Shown: positions 10,973-19,184 of the stretch, one piece after another
Layout: the number at the start of each line of letters is the position of its first letter
Position numbering within the stretch: the stretch's first letter is position 1
Source: Formosa sp. Hel1_33_131
GTDB taxonomy: Bacteria > Bacteroidota > Bacteroidia > Flavobacteriales > Flavobacteriaceae
Assembly (NCBI RefSeq): GCF_001735745.1
Contig: NZ_CP017260.1
Coordinates: 780,001-812,000 of the forward strand
Reading direction: 5' to 3'
DNA: 32,000 nt
Position numbers and translations under genes: made by a program
The notes under the pieces: model-generated
The model's database searches: none
What the model saw: only the letters and a program-made list of their open reading frames with translations
Told to the model about the DNA's origin: nothing

Positions 10973-11005
10973 CAAATTTAGATAAATTTAATCTATTCAC
11001 CTAAA
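10973..11005 (-). promoter_or_regulatory. Candidate Bacteroidota-type promoter for rplC and the downstream ribosomal genes
   Basis: The minus strand reads TAAATTTG (10973-10980), an exact match to the -7 consensus TAnnTTTG. The -33 element 21 nt upstream is TTTA (11002-11005) rather than TTTG. Confidence 0.3.
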
Positions 11006-14000
11006 TTATTTAGAAATTATTTTAAATGCGCCTACACTTCCTTCTGTTTTGAGAATACAGATATAAAAGGTGTTGGATGGAATTGTATGACTTAGGCGAA
11101 TGGTTTCACTCGTTCCAATCTGTTGATTTGGTTTATCGATGAGGCGTTTTCCGGTAAGATCAAAAAGATAAACATCGGTATTTTTTGGAGCCTTTGAAAT
11201 ATTTTTAATTATAAGTTGTTGATTGTCGATCAAAACAGTAAAGTCGGGTGTTAGGTCTGAAATATCAGAAGGCTCAAATCCAAGGGTACTTGTTATAAGG
11301 TGGTTTATATAGTAATCTTGCACTTTTTGAATCCAAAAATGATCGTCTGTCAATGTCGCTCCAGGAGCCACTGGATCTCCAATTCCATCGGTACTGTCTC
11401 CTACACCAGCTCCCATAAGCACTAGTTTCACACCTATATCATTGAGTTCTTCAAAATGATTTCCGAAAGTGACATGTTTACTAGTGGGGTTAGAAATTAA
11501 CTTTGGATCGTTATGTTTGTTTTGAGAAAAATAATCAAACCGTGCTTGATCATTTGAAAAATCGATTTCATCGCCAAAGAAAAAAGGGGATGCAGAATCT
11601 TCATAATATTTTGAAGTATTTGGGAGTGTTGCAAAGTTGGTGCCGGTGTACTCATTAATAGTTGTAGAGCCGTTTATGTGTCCTACGGTAATTTGCCATA
11701 ATATAACATGAACCCCAGCTTCTTCAAATAAAGCCCTGACAAAAGCGAAGTAATTGAGCCAGTGGTCATTATTCCAAAACCAAGTCCAAGAAGATGGATC
11801 GGCAGGGTCGCTTGCATTGCTATAACCCAACGCATCGAGACCATATTTATCTATGGAAATAAAATCTGCATTATGGCTCATGATCCCCATTCTTTCACTA
11901 TAACGATAAATATCAATTGCGGTCTGTTTTATCTTTTGTAGCTGCGTTTGAAAATCACCACCTCCAACTCCGCTAACATTGTCTGTTTCTCTAATAATTC
12001 CGCGGACTCCTGCAACATTCGGCTTTGCCCATAAGTTCATTTGCCACCCAAATTCTAAATTCAAATTATCATCAATTCGTTTTTTATTGATTTCAAAGTT
12101 GATGCGTTCTACAAGCGATTTAAGGGTTCCAGCATTGGTTCCAATCGTTGTTGCACCTACAGCAGTTGCCAAGGTTTCAGGTTCTGAATTTTGTTGCATA
12201 TACCCTAAGAAATCGGGCTCAAAAATGACTCCAAAAAACTCATCGCCTACAATGTCTCTTACTTGATTTAAAAACAGCTCTAAGTTCTCAAAATAGGCTG
12301 TCATATAGGTAGGAGACTGAATGTGTTCTAGATTTGTAGTGTATGATTCTCCTCCATCAGGGATGTTATAAAATATAAAAACAGGCATCAGCCCCATCTT
12401 TAGACTGTTTCTTGCAAACTTCATGACTCTATCTGGTTGCCATGTGTTCCAACCGATTAATGGCCCTCCATTTATATACGTATATCGAACGTCCATTCGA
12501 TTGTTGAGCATTAAATTAGTGTTGTTGATGCCGTTATTAAAGAAGTTTACATCGTCGGGGATATCTTCAGAGACAGAGCCTATAGAAATATGAGTGGGGT
12601 ATCTAGGCACGGTGCCATCTGCATTATCAATTCGGAGTCCGATGTAATACTTGTCGCCATCGGATGTTGTGATTTCTAGACCGGTTCTCCCTGGATTATT
12701 GGAGTTGACGGTTAGTTTAGAATTTGCAAAAGAAAACTGAGTCAGTGTTAAATCCCGTGATTTGACACTTGTAATGGTTTTATCAAAAGTAAAAACTTTG
12801 GTAACACCTTCTAAACCTTTAAGTTGATAGGGCAAATTGGCAAATAGAATCGACTCTTTAGAAGGGTCTATTATTTCATATTTTAAATACACATAATTAG
12901 AAGTCCCCATATCATCTGTAATTCCTAATCTTAAATTAGTGATTCCATATTGAGAAGGCGTCCAAGAAATAGAGGTTGCCGTGGCGCTAGCAGAAGATGT
13001 GATCGTTGTGAATTCATCGTATAAGGATATGCTTTGTATCGGTCGATCTGTTTGGCTGGCTGTAAAATGAATGACTATGGGGGTAAAATTTAATTGAAAA
13101 AACCTTGAATCAGATTCTGGAGTTGTTAATGCAATGTTTGGAGGCTGGTTCTTCGCCACTTTAATAGCTCCTATAAGTTCGGAACTTAAATTAATACTAT
13201 TTGTACCTTCTATTCTAATATTGTAGTCTGTGTAAGCATCTGGTATAAAATCGTAGGTGTATTGATTATTTGCACCAAGGGTCATGTCAAAAGACTGAAA
13301 TGTGCTTTGGCTAAATTTTTTGATGAATACTTTTGTAGTGCTAATTGGAAAATCAACATCTACAATTGTGGCTAAAATATTGATGGTCTGCAGAGTGGGT
13401 TGTATAAAAGTTTTAGCACCTTCAAAACTTGAGGTTAATACTGGTGGTTTTACACAAATTCCTAAAAAAACATAGGCATCAGATTGGTCTGGAGTCACAG
13501 TTCCAACAATAGGGTAGGATGTTCTATACAAGCCTTCATTATACACTACATTTACATTTCCTACATAATTATCCGGTTTGGACACCCAATCTATAAAGTC
13601 ATCACAATTGGTTTGAATTGTTAAATTGGCTGGGACACAAGTACCTATATTTGTCCATAAAGCATTTGTGTTGGGTGGATTTCCGCCACTAGTTACATAG
13701 GCTGTGTTTTCGTATATAAATCCATTATAATAAACTGTGCTAGGAGTCCCTGAGGTAAATGGGTAGTTTCTTGTACTATACCAATTTGGCGCCGCACAAT
13801 TTGAATTATAGGCTTCGAGGCTAAAAACGACAGTTGCTATATTAGCGTTTTCATCTTCAACAAAAGCCGTAATTGTGGTGATTCCATCTAGAGCTGGCGT
13901 CCAAGAGGCTCTATAGTTATTATTGACATAGCTCGCATATACAGCTTGTGAATTAGCTGTTGTTTTATAATAGACCTTTTTTGGTGGTAAATTCCCGTTT

Positions 14001-14824
14001 ACTTGGGCATTAAAAACTAAACTGATGGGTTGGCTCGCTGTATAGTAGGAGAGACTTCCATCTGCTGGAGAAACCAAACTAATAGAGGGTGGCACTTGTC
14101 TGTTAATAATAATTGAAGCATTATAAAACCCCTCTTTATTAGATTGATTGGTCGCTTTAAAAACTAAGGTGTATGCGCCATAGGTTGTAGGAAGCCAATT
14201 ATAATCATAAGTACCAGCTGTAACTGTTGATTCGGAAAGTACTGTACTTACAACATCCACTCCGTCTTTTTGAATTGTAATTAAGACCTCTGTAATATCA
14301 ACCCCGAAATCTTGAACTGTAGCAGTTGCTAAAATATTTTGAAGCGGATCCATCGTATAGTTTTGTGAGGCCGAGATATTTGATGTGACTGTTGGTGGCT
14401 TCACACAAACACCTTCAAAAGTATACGCATCATGTGAATCTGGTCTCACATCTATATTAATATAATATTTAGCTTTATATAACCCATTATTATAACTTAC
14501 CAGGGCATCTGTTGGAAAGCCGGTTGTGGCACCAGGTTGTGTAACCCAAGCGGTCGCAGACGCACAATCTGCATCCGAAGCAACAGGGACAACACTGCTG
14601 GTACAAGCCCCTAGTAACGTCCAAGCAGGATTTACATCTGGTGCGGCAGTATTAGCGTTCACATACCCTGCGTTTCTGTAAACGTTATTAGTATGATATA
14701 CATGATATCCGATCGAATAGTTTCTGGTTGCATCCCAGACAGGGACTCCGCAATCATTTCCAAATTGGGCAAATGTAAAATAACTCACAAACAGAAATAC
14801 CAAAGAGATAAAAGATGTTTTCAT
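11006..14824 (-). CDS. Secreted multidomain carbohydrate-active protein, 1272 aa. Order of parts: signal peptide, 2x[CBM5/12-like - CBM5/12-like - Ig-like - Ig-like], beta-sandwich linker, GH6-like domain, T9SS C-terminal sorting domain.
   Basis: N-terminal signal peptide MKTSFISLVFLFVSYFTFAQ. There are four Cys-bounded W/Y-rich modules of about 50 aa, for example CGVPVWDATRNYSIGYHVYHTNNVYRNAGYVNAN...NPAWTLLGAC. The C-terminal domain carries FYNIPDGGES / VIFEPDFL / LEFGW / GAGVGDSTDG motifs. The tail is Por-type (DVYLFDLTGKRLID...FYICILKTEGSVGAFKIISK). Confidence 0.85.
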   Translation of the reverse strand: MKTSFISLVFLFVSYFTFAQFGNDCGVPVWDATRNYSIGYHVYHTNNVYRNAGYVNANTAAPDVNPAWTLLGACTSSVVPVASDADCASATAWVTQPGATTGFPTDALVSYNNGLYKAKYYINIDVRPDSHDAYTFEGVCVKPPTVTSNISASQNYTMDPLQNILATATVQDFGVDITEVLITIQKDGVDVVSTVLSESTVTAGTYDYNWLPTTYGAYTLVFKATNQSNKEGFYNASIIINRQVPPSISLVSPADGSLSYYTASQPISLVFNAQVNGNLPPKKVYYKTTANSQAVYASYVNNNYRASWTPALDGITTITAFVEDENANIATVVFSLEAYNSNCAAPNWYSTRNYPFTSGTPSTVYYNGFIYENTAYVTSGGNPPNTNALWTNIGTCVPANLTIQTNCDDFIDWVSKPDNYVGNVNVVYNEGLYRTSYPIVGTVTPDQSDAYVFLGICVKPPVLTSSFEGAKTFIQPTLQTINILATIVDVDFPISTTKVFIKKFSQSTFQSFDMTLGANNQYTYDFIPDAYTDYNIRIEGTNSINLSSELIGAIKVAKNQPPNIALTTPESDSRFFQLNFTPIVIHFTASQTDRPIQSISLYDEFTTITSSASATATSISWTPSQYGITNLRLGITDDMGTSNYVYLKYEIIDPSKESILFANLPYQLKGLEGVTKVFTFDKTITSVKSRDLTLTQFSFANSKLTVNSNNPGRTGLEITTSDGDKYYIGLRIDNADGTVPRYPTHISIGSVSEDIPDDVNFFNNGINNTNLMLNNRMDVRYTYINGGPLIGWNTWQPDRVMKFARNSLKMGLMPVFIFYNIPDGGESYTTNLEHIQSPTYMTAYFENLELFLNQVRDIVGDEFFGVIFEPDFLGYMQQNSEPETLATAVGATTIGTNAGTLKSLVERINFEINKKRIDDNLNLEFGWQMNLWAKPNVAGVRGIIRETDNVSGVGGGDFQTQLQKIKQTAIDIYRYSERMGIMSHNADFISIDKYGLDALGYSNASDPADPSSWTWFWNNDHWLNYFAFVRALFEEAGVHVILWQITVGHINGSTTINEYTGTNFATLPNTSKYYEDSASPFFFGDEIDFSNDQARFDYFSQNKHNDPKLISNPTSKHVTFGNHFEELNDIGVKLVLMGAGVGDSTDGIGDPVAPGATLTDDHFWIQKVQDYYINHLITSTLGFEPSDISDLTPDFTVLIDNQQLIIKNISKAPKNTDVYLFDLTGKRLIDKPNQQIGTSETIRLSHTIPSNTFYICILKTEGSVGAFKIISK
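11009..11248 (-). other. T9SS C-terminal sorting domain (type A-like) of the 1272-aa protein
   Basis: The last ~80 aa follow the pattern V-x-hydrophobic-F-D-x-x-G-K/R..., then a GxY/FY-hydrophobic strand, then a short basic C-terminus. This is typical of Por_Secre_tail domains. Confidence 0.6.
11291..12604 (-). other. GH6-like (distorted alpha/beta barrel) putative catalytic domain, residues ~741-1178
   Basis: The motif order resembles GH6. YNIPDGGE (819-826) matches YDLPDRDC. VIFEPDFL (EPD at 869-871, nt 12212-12220) matches IEPDSL. The Tyr-to-Glu spacing is 50 aa, the same as I recall for Hypocrea jecorina Cel6A. LEFGW (923-927) matches LDAGH. GAGVGDSTDG (1138-1147) matches PGGECDG. The comparison is from memory, with no alignment run. 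Confidence 0.4.
12860..13798 (-). repeat. Copy 2 of an in-frame ~315-aa module (CBM-CBM-Ig-Ig), residues 343-655
   Basis: CAAPNWYSTRNY...GTC, then CDDFIDWVSKPDNY...GIC, then VKPPVLTSS..., then NQPPNIALTTP... This runs parallel to copy 1. Confidence 0.7.
13799..14752 (-). repeat. Copy 1 of an in-frame ~315-aa module (CBM-CBM-Ig-Ig), residues 25-342
   Basis: CGVPVWDATRNY...GAC, then CASATAWVTQPG...GVC, then VKPPTVTSN..., then RQVPPSISLVSP... The two copies are diverged at protein level and are not a DNA-level perfect repeat. Confidence 0.7.
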
Positions 14825-14854
14825 TTTAGAAGAAATTGAGGGTTAGGTTTGGGG

Positions 14855-17800
14855 TTACTTTTTAAGGATTTTTTTATAAAATATACCAGACTCCGTTTTT
14901 AGTTCCATTATATAAAGGGTACTTTCAAAGGCACTTAAATCGATACTAGAAGTGTCGGGGTTTAATTTATGATATAACCTATTACCTTTGATATCGAAAA
15001 TATTTATTTCGTTGATTTTGTGTGGAGATTTAATTGTTATACTGTGTTCTAAAGGGTTTGGATAGACTTTTGGCACTTCACTCTTAACTTGGTCATCAAC
15101 ACTGAACGTTGAACTAAAATAATTGAAATAATCTGTAGAGAATTCATACGCAGAGGCACAATTGGCTGCCGCATCCCAGTTAACAGACCATGTCATCACC
15201 CCTCTTAAACCTGGATGTGGGCCATTTTGCAATGTGTAACTCCTCCCTGAAAAGGTTGTTCCAAACCTCAAATAACCCAAGGCTTTGATCGTCTCTGAAG
15301 GTTGTAAATATCCTCCGGCAGGTGCCGCTGCTGGGCACGCTGGAATACCAACCATAATTTTTGAGGCTGGTAATCCCGGAAAATTAAATCCTGTTGAAGC
15401 TACATTAAAACCTGTGATTAACATATCTGACATAGACGTTAGAAAATCGGGGGTTGCTTGAGAATACGCTTGTCCATCTAATGCAGTGACAGATCCCGTA
15501 TTATAAAGTTGCACCATCACTAAATCTAATTCAGAACGCAAGTTATGAATCACTGGTAAAAAAGCTCCAGCCGTATTGGTATATGTTGAGCCCCCAACCT
15601 GAACGTAAAAGGTTTCAGGAGCACATGTTAAAATAAGATTAGCTCCATAATGTGCCTTTAGTTCTTTAAAAGCATCTACTACATTTTTAAGTTTTGGAAA
15701 CGCAGAGATTCCTGTATATGAAAAATCGGTTAAGGCGCCAGCCCCGAAATCCATAGAACCTCCTTCAAAATCTAAGTCAATACCATCAAAACCATATTCA
15801 TCAATAATGTCTTTCAGCCCTTGAACAAATTCATTTTTTTGTGCAACAGTACTTAACTCTACATGACCATTTTGCCCTCCTATGGATACAATTACAGGGA
15901 TACCTTGACTTCTCAAACTATTAATGTCATCCTTAAGCAGCTGTTTATCATAAACCCCATTCGTTAGATATCTGGGTGAGTTAATTGTTAACTGAGGCGT
16001 GTACCCATTTTGACCAACTGTTTCTATAAATGAATACATCACTACATTATACTTTGAAGTTAACATATCCCTAAAATACAAGAATGGTGCTGCTGTATTT
16101 TCCCAAGAGTGAGCATAGCCTAAAATAATATTCCCACTAGGTAGCGGCACAAATGGAGAATCGATAATATTTAGGGTCTTGACAAGACTCACTGCCCCCC
16201 CATCATTATCTGTAGCCGTAATTGTAAGTGGATATGCTTGGTGATTGGTGGGCGTAAAACTATATGTAAATGTATTGTTGGCTCCAGATGACATACTTGT
16301 CGTTGTGCCATCAATTGTAATTGAAACGGAAGCTATCGTTCCGTCTGTGTCTGTCACGGTAGTCTGTATTGCTATGGGTTGGAAGCCTGAATTTTGACTA
16401 ATATTCGTATTTACAGGAGTGTCCCATACAATCGTTGGCAATACATTGGGGCAATTGGTTCCCGTACAATTTAAAGTAAATTGAAACGTCTCTGTGGCAG
16501 TTTCATTATTAGAGCTTTGAGCAGTCACCTTTAAGGTGTGTGAGGCATTGTAATCTGAGTCTTGTGGAGCCCAATTTGCTGAATATATATTTTGATTGTT
16601 TGTGTTTGCAATGGTGGTATTATCTATTTGAAAAGTAACGCTGTTTATTGTTGTAGAGCCATCGTCAAAACTTAAGCCCACCATAGCTTCTAAGTTTACA
16701 TTGGTTCCATAAGCATTCGCTAAAGTAGCTTGATTGGGCGCATTTATAGTGACCTCTGGCTTTACAAGTTGCGCATTGAAATTATATTCTTGGGCCATTG
16801 TGGTAATTGCTATGTTCGCTACACTTATAGGGTAGAAAACCGTATTATTATTATCATAATCATTTAATTTTAATGAATTAATAATATTATAACCATCTAA
16901 CTCCGTTTCGGTAAAGAAATACTCTCCATTAGCATTTGCAGTTTTAGGTATTTGTTTATAGCCATGAGTACTGTCGGTCCATGGTAATATTAAATTCAAC
17001 TTGGCACCAGCTACCGGGGTTATCCCGTTTTTTACCGTACCATATATGAGGCCTTTATTTTCCTCAAAATTGGCAATGCCATTTGCATTTAGCATACTAA
17101 AGCTGATGCTTGTAGGTTTAAATACGATGTTGTTTAAGCTAGGCGTCACTACATAATCATATCCTGCTGGAACATTGTTAAAAGTATAATTTCCACTAGA
17201 ATCCGTCATAGAATTATAAGTTTGACTGTTTCCTGTGAGCTGTAAGCTCACCCCTGACATCCCTGTATTTGCGGAGGTTACAATTCCTGAAATTGTATGA
17301 GAATTTCGTGTAGCTACTATTTCTTGATTTGTCTGGTCAGAGTTAAAGTTGGTATATGTCAACGCAGTAAAGGAATAAAAATCTTTTTCTGCAGTTAGAG
17401 AATAGTCGAGGTTGTCTATTACAGAACTCAAATTAAAATTCCCATCGGCTGAAGTAAGGCGTTCTAATTCGACATTACTACTATTATTTAAGACAACATC
17501 AACATTGGCTAGTAGCTGTCCATTTTCCTTAACACTTCCTTGTATCATAGACGTTTGATCTGAACCTATAACATTTATAGTTTTATCCCCGTCAAACTCT
17601 AAAAGGGCATAACTCACATCACTAGGTAAAAAAGCATAGCTATTATAAGAATAATTTATAGTGTAAGCTAAAAAGCCTGTTTTGTTGTTAAAAATTACTT
17701 GGCCATTTGCAGCTGTAGTTTGAGATTCTAATACTGTACCACCGACATCTCGTAATTCTACTCTAATTCCTTGTATAGGCACAGCGGTTGGATTCTTAAA

Positions 17801-18244
17801 ATTCAATGTAATGCTGAATTCTGAGTTTACGAGGGTAGATTCTACAGTATCTAAAAGACCGTTGGTAGAGTTTCGAGCATCTTGAGAAAGCTCCCATATC
17901 ATAACACCCCCCAAGTTTTGTGACAATGCATACTTAACTTTTAAATCTATGGATTGAGTATCTTCATAGCTGATAAACTTTTGTTGAGTGGGGTTATAAA
18001 GGTAAGGAACAAGAGCATCAACATGCCAACGTCGTTCCCAACCAGCTATAGCGGCAGCAGTTGAAACTGCAAGTGGATTTGTTGGGTCTAGAAAATGATG
18101 TGGATTCGTTGCTCTTCCTTGAAATAAATCACAAAAATCGATAGCTCCCGTTGTTTCACAATTATAATTAGCAATATCATCCCAAGTTCCTACTGGAGGC
18201 TCCGGCAAACTACACGCTGGATTCGTTGTTCTTGGGGCACTCAC
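14855..18244 (-). CDS. Downstream fragment of a ChiA-like chitinase. It holds the C-terminal third of GH18 domain 1, CarboxypepD_reg-like and Ig-like repeats, the complete GH18 domain 2 and a T9SS CTD.
   Basis: The ORF opens with an internal GTG. Its first ~137 aa (...LKVKYALSQNLGGVMIWELSQD...) are the terminal strands of a GH18 barrel. The second catalytic motif DGIDLDFE is at nt 15764-15787. The tail is KVYPNPLEHSITIKS...INIFDIKGNRL...LYIMELKTESGIFYKKILKK. Confidence 0.85.
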   Translation of the reverse strand: MSAPRTTNPACSLPEPPVGTWDDIANYNCETTGAIDFCDLFQGRATNPHHFLDPTNPLAVSTAAAIAGWERRWHVDALVPYLYNPTQQKFISYEDTQSIDLKVKYALSQNLGGVMIWELSQDARNSTNGLLDTVESTLVNSEFSITLNFKNPTAVPIQGIRVELRDVGGTVLESQTTAANGQVIFNNKTGFLAYTINYSYNSYAFLPSDVSYALLEFDGDKTINVIGSDQTSMIQGSVKENGQLLANVDVVLNNSSNVELERLTSADGNFNLSSVIDNLDYSLTAEKDFYSFTALTYTNFNSDQTNQEIVATRNSHTISGIVTSANTGMSGVSLQLTGNSQTYNSMTDSSGNYTFNNVPAGYDYVVTPSLNNIVFKPTSISFSMLNANGIANFEENKGLIYGTVKNGITPVAGAKLNLILPWTDSTHGYKQIPKTANANGEYFFTETELDGYNIINSLKLNDYDNNNTVFYPISVANIAITTMAQEYNFNAQLVKPEVTINAPNQATLANAYGTNVNLEAMVGLSFDDGSTTINSVTFQIDNTTIANTNNQNIYSANWAPQDSDYNASHTLKVTAQSSNNETATETFQFTLNCTGTNCPNVLPTIVWDTPVNTNISQNSGFQPIAIQTTVTDTDGTIASVSITIDGTTTSMSSGANNTFTYSFTPTNHQAYPLTITATDNDGGAVSLVKTLNIIDSPFVPLPSGNIILGYAHSWENTAAPFLYFRDMLTSKYNVVMYSFIETVGQNGYTPQLTINSPRYLTNGVYDKQLLKDDINSLRSQGIPVIVSIGGQNGHVELSTVAQKNEFVQGLKDIIDEYGFDGIDLDFEGGSMDFGAGALTDFSYTGISAFPKLKNVVDAFKELKAHYGANLILTCAPETFYVQVGGSTYTNTAGAFLPVIHNLRSELDLVMVQLYNTGSVTALDGQAYSQATPDFLTSMSDMLITGFNVASTGFNFPGLPASKIMVGIPACPAAAPAGGYLQPSETIKALGYLRFGTTFSGRSYTLQNGPHPGLRGVMTWSVNWDAAANCASAYEFSTDYFNYFSSTFSVDDQVKSEVPKVYPNPLEHSITIKSPHKINEINIFDIKGNRLYHKLNPDTSSIDLSAFESTLYIMELKTESGIFYKKILKK
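14858..15073 (-). other. T9SS C-terminal sorting domain (type A, YPNP-containing) of the chitinase
   Basis: Residues ~1058-1129 of the downstream ORF. The VYPNP motif plus the IFDIKGNRL and LYIMELK strands are hallmarks of Por_Secre_tail. Confidence 0.7.
15110..16138 (-). other. GH18 catalytic domain 2 (class III / hevamine-like subtype)
   Basis: IILGYAHSWEN...VIVSIGGQNG...FDGIDLDFEGG...LILTCAPE...VMVQLYN...LRGVMTWSVNWD. Confidence 0.8.
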
Positions 18245-19184
18245 TTTCGTAGAGCCCAGGATTATTGGGATCTACTCCAGTTGCCGCAACACCTTCAAAT
18301 ATTTTTCCATAAAACGGAACTCCCATGACAAACTTATTGGCTGGGATGCCAACTTCTATTAGGTATAGCTTTATTAATTCATCTAATACTTGATTTCTTC
18401 CAGATGGATTGTGTAAGGGATCATTTACATTATCGCCCCCAAACAATGGCGCATTAAAACATGTTTTATCATACCAATTCCCTCCAAAGTCATAGCCAAA
18501 ACAAGTAACGAAATTACAGTAATCCATGATGTTGGTTGTCATGTTGTTTGCTGCTTGATTATTAGGCCCTATAAACTGACTTGCAGCATTTGTTACATTG
18601 TTCCCCATCGCAATAGAAAGCTCTTTGGCTTGCATACCGTTCGAGTCAAAAGCAGCTCTTATATCTTTCAATAGGAAAACAAGGTTTTTATGGTCATTGG
18701 TTGTGTGTGGTTGTGCAGGAATTACTAAACCATTAACTTTTTCTTGGCCTTCGGTACCTCCCGTAATTGGGAATTCCCAATCAAGATCAAAACCATCAAT
18801 CCAAGGATACAAAGTCATGAAATCAACCATGCTTTGTGCGAAAGTTGTTCTTGCATTTTGGCTCGCCGCTATTTCAGGAAAATGTTGAGACTTTGTCCAC
18901 CCCCCTACAGAAATTAGAATTTTTAAATGCGGATTCCTCTCTTTTAATATTTTTAACTCTCCAATATTTCCTTTTACAGCAGCATTTGAAAGCAAGTTAT
19001 TTTCATCATGCCCAGTATCCGCCCAAGGATCTAAACTTTGTATAGAAGCTGAATCGTTGGAAGTGTCATAAACTGGATTGTAAAAAGCATATAGTACATG
19101 CGTAAGTTTATCAGCTTCTACATCTATAACATTAAAATCACGCGCATAAATGGCCCATTGAGCAAAGTAGCCAATCACTATTTT
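17834..19184 (-). other. GH18 catalytic domain 1 (bacterial ChiA-like subtype), interrupted by the frameshift
   Basis: IVIGYFAQWAIY...LISVGGW...DGFDLDWEFP (nt 18774-18797)...PFYGK in the upstream ORF. The domain continues as ...YEDTQSIDLKVKYALSQNLGGVMIWELSQD in the downstream ORF. Confidence 0.8.

Noticed and set aside
18210-18244. The 35-nt overlap could be read as two genuine independent genes: a 367-aa chitinase and a 1129-aa protein starting at GTG 18244.
   Set aside because: One GH18 barrel is divided between the two ORFs. The catalytic motif is upstream and the closing GGVMIWELSQD strands are downstream. The downstream ORF has no signal peptide despite carrying a T9SS CTD, and its GTG is internal to the domain. 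A frameshift in a single gene explains this better.
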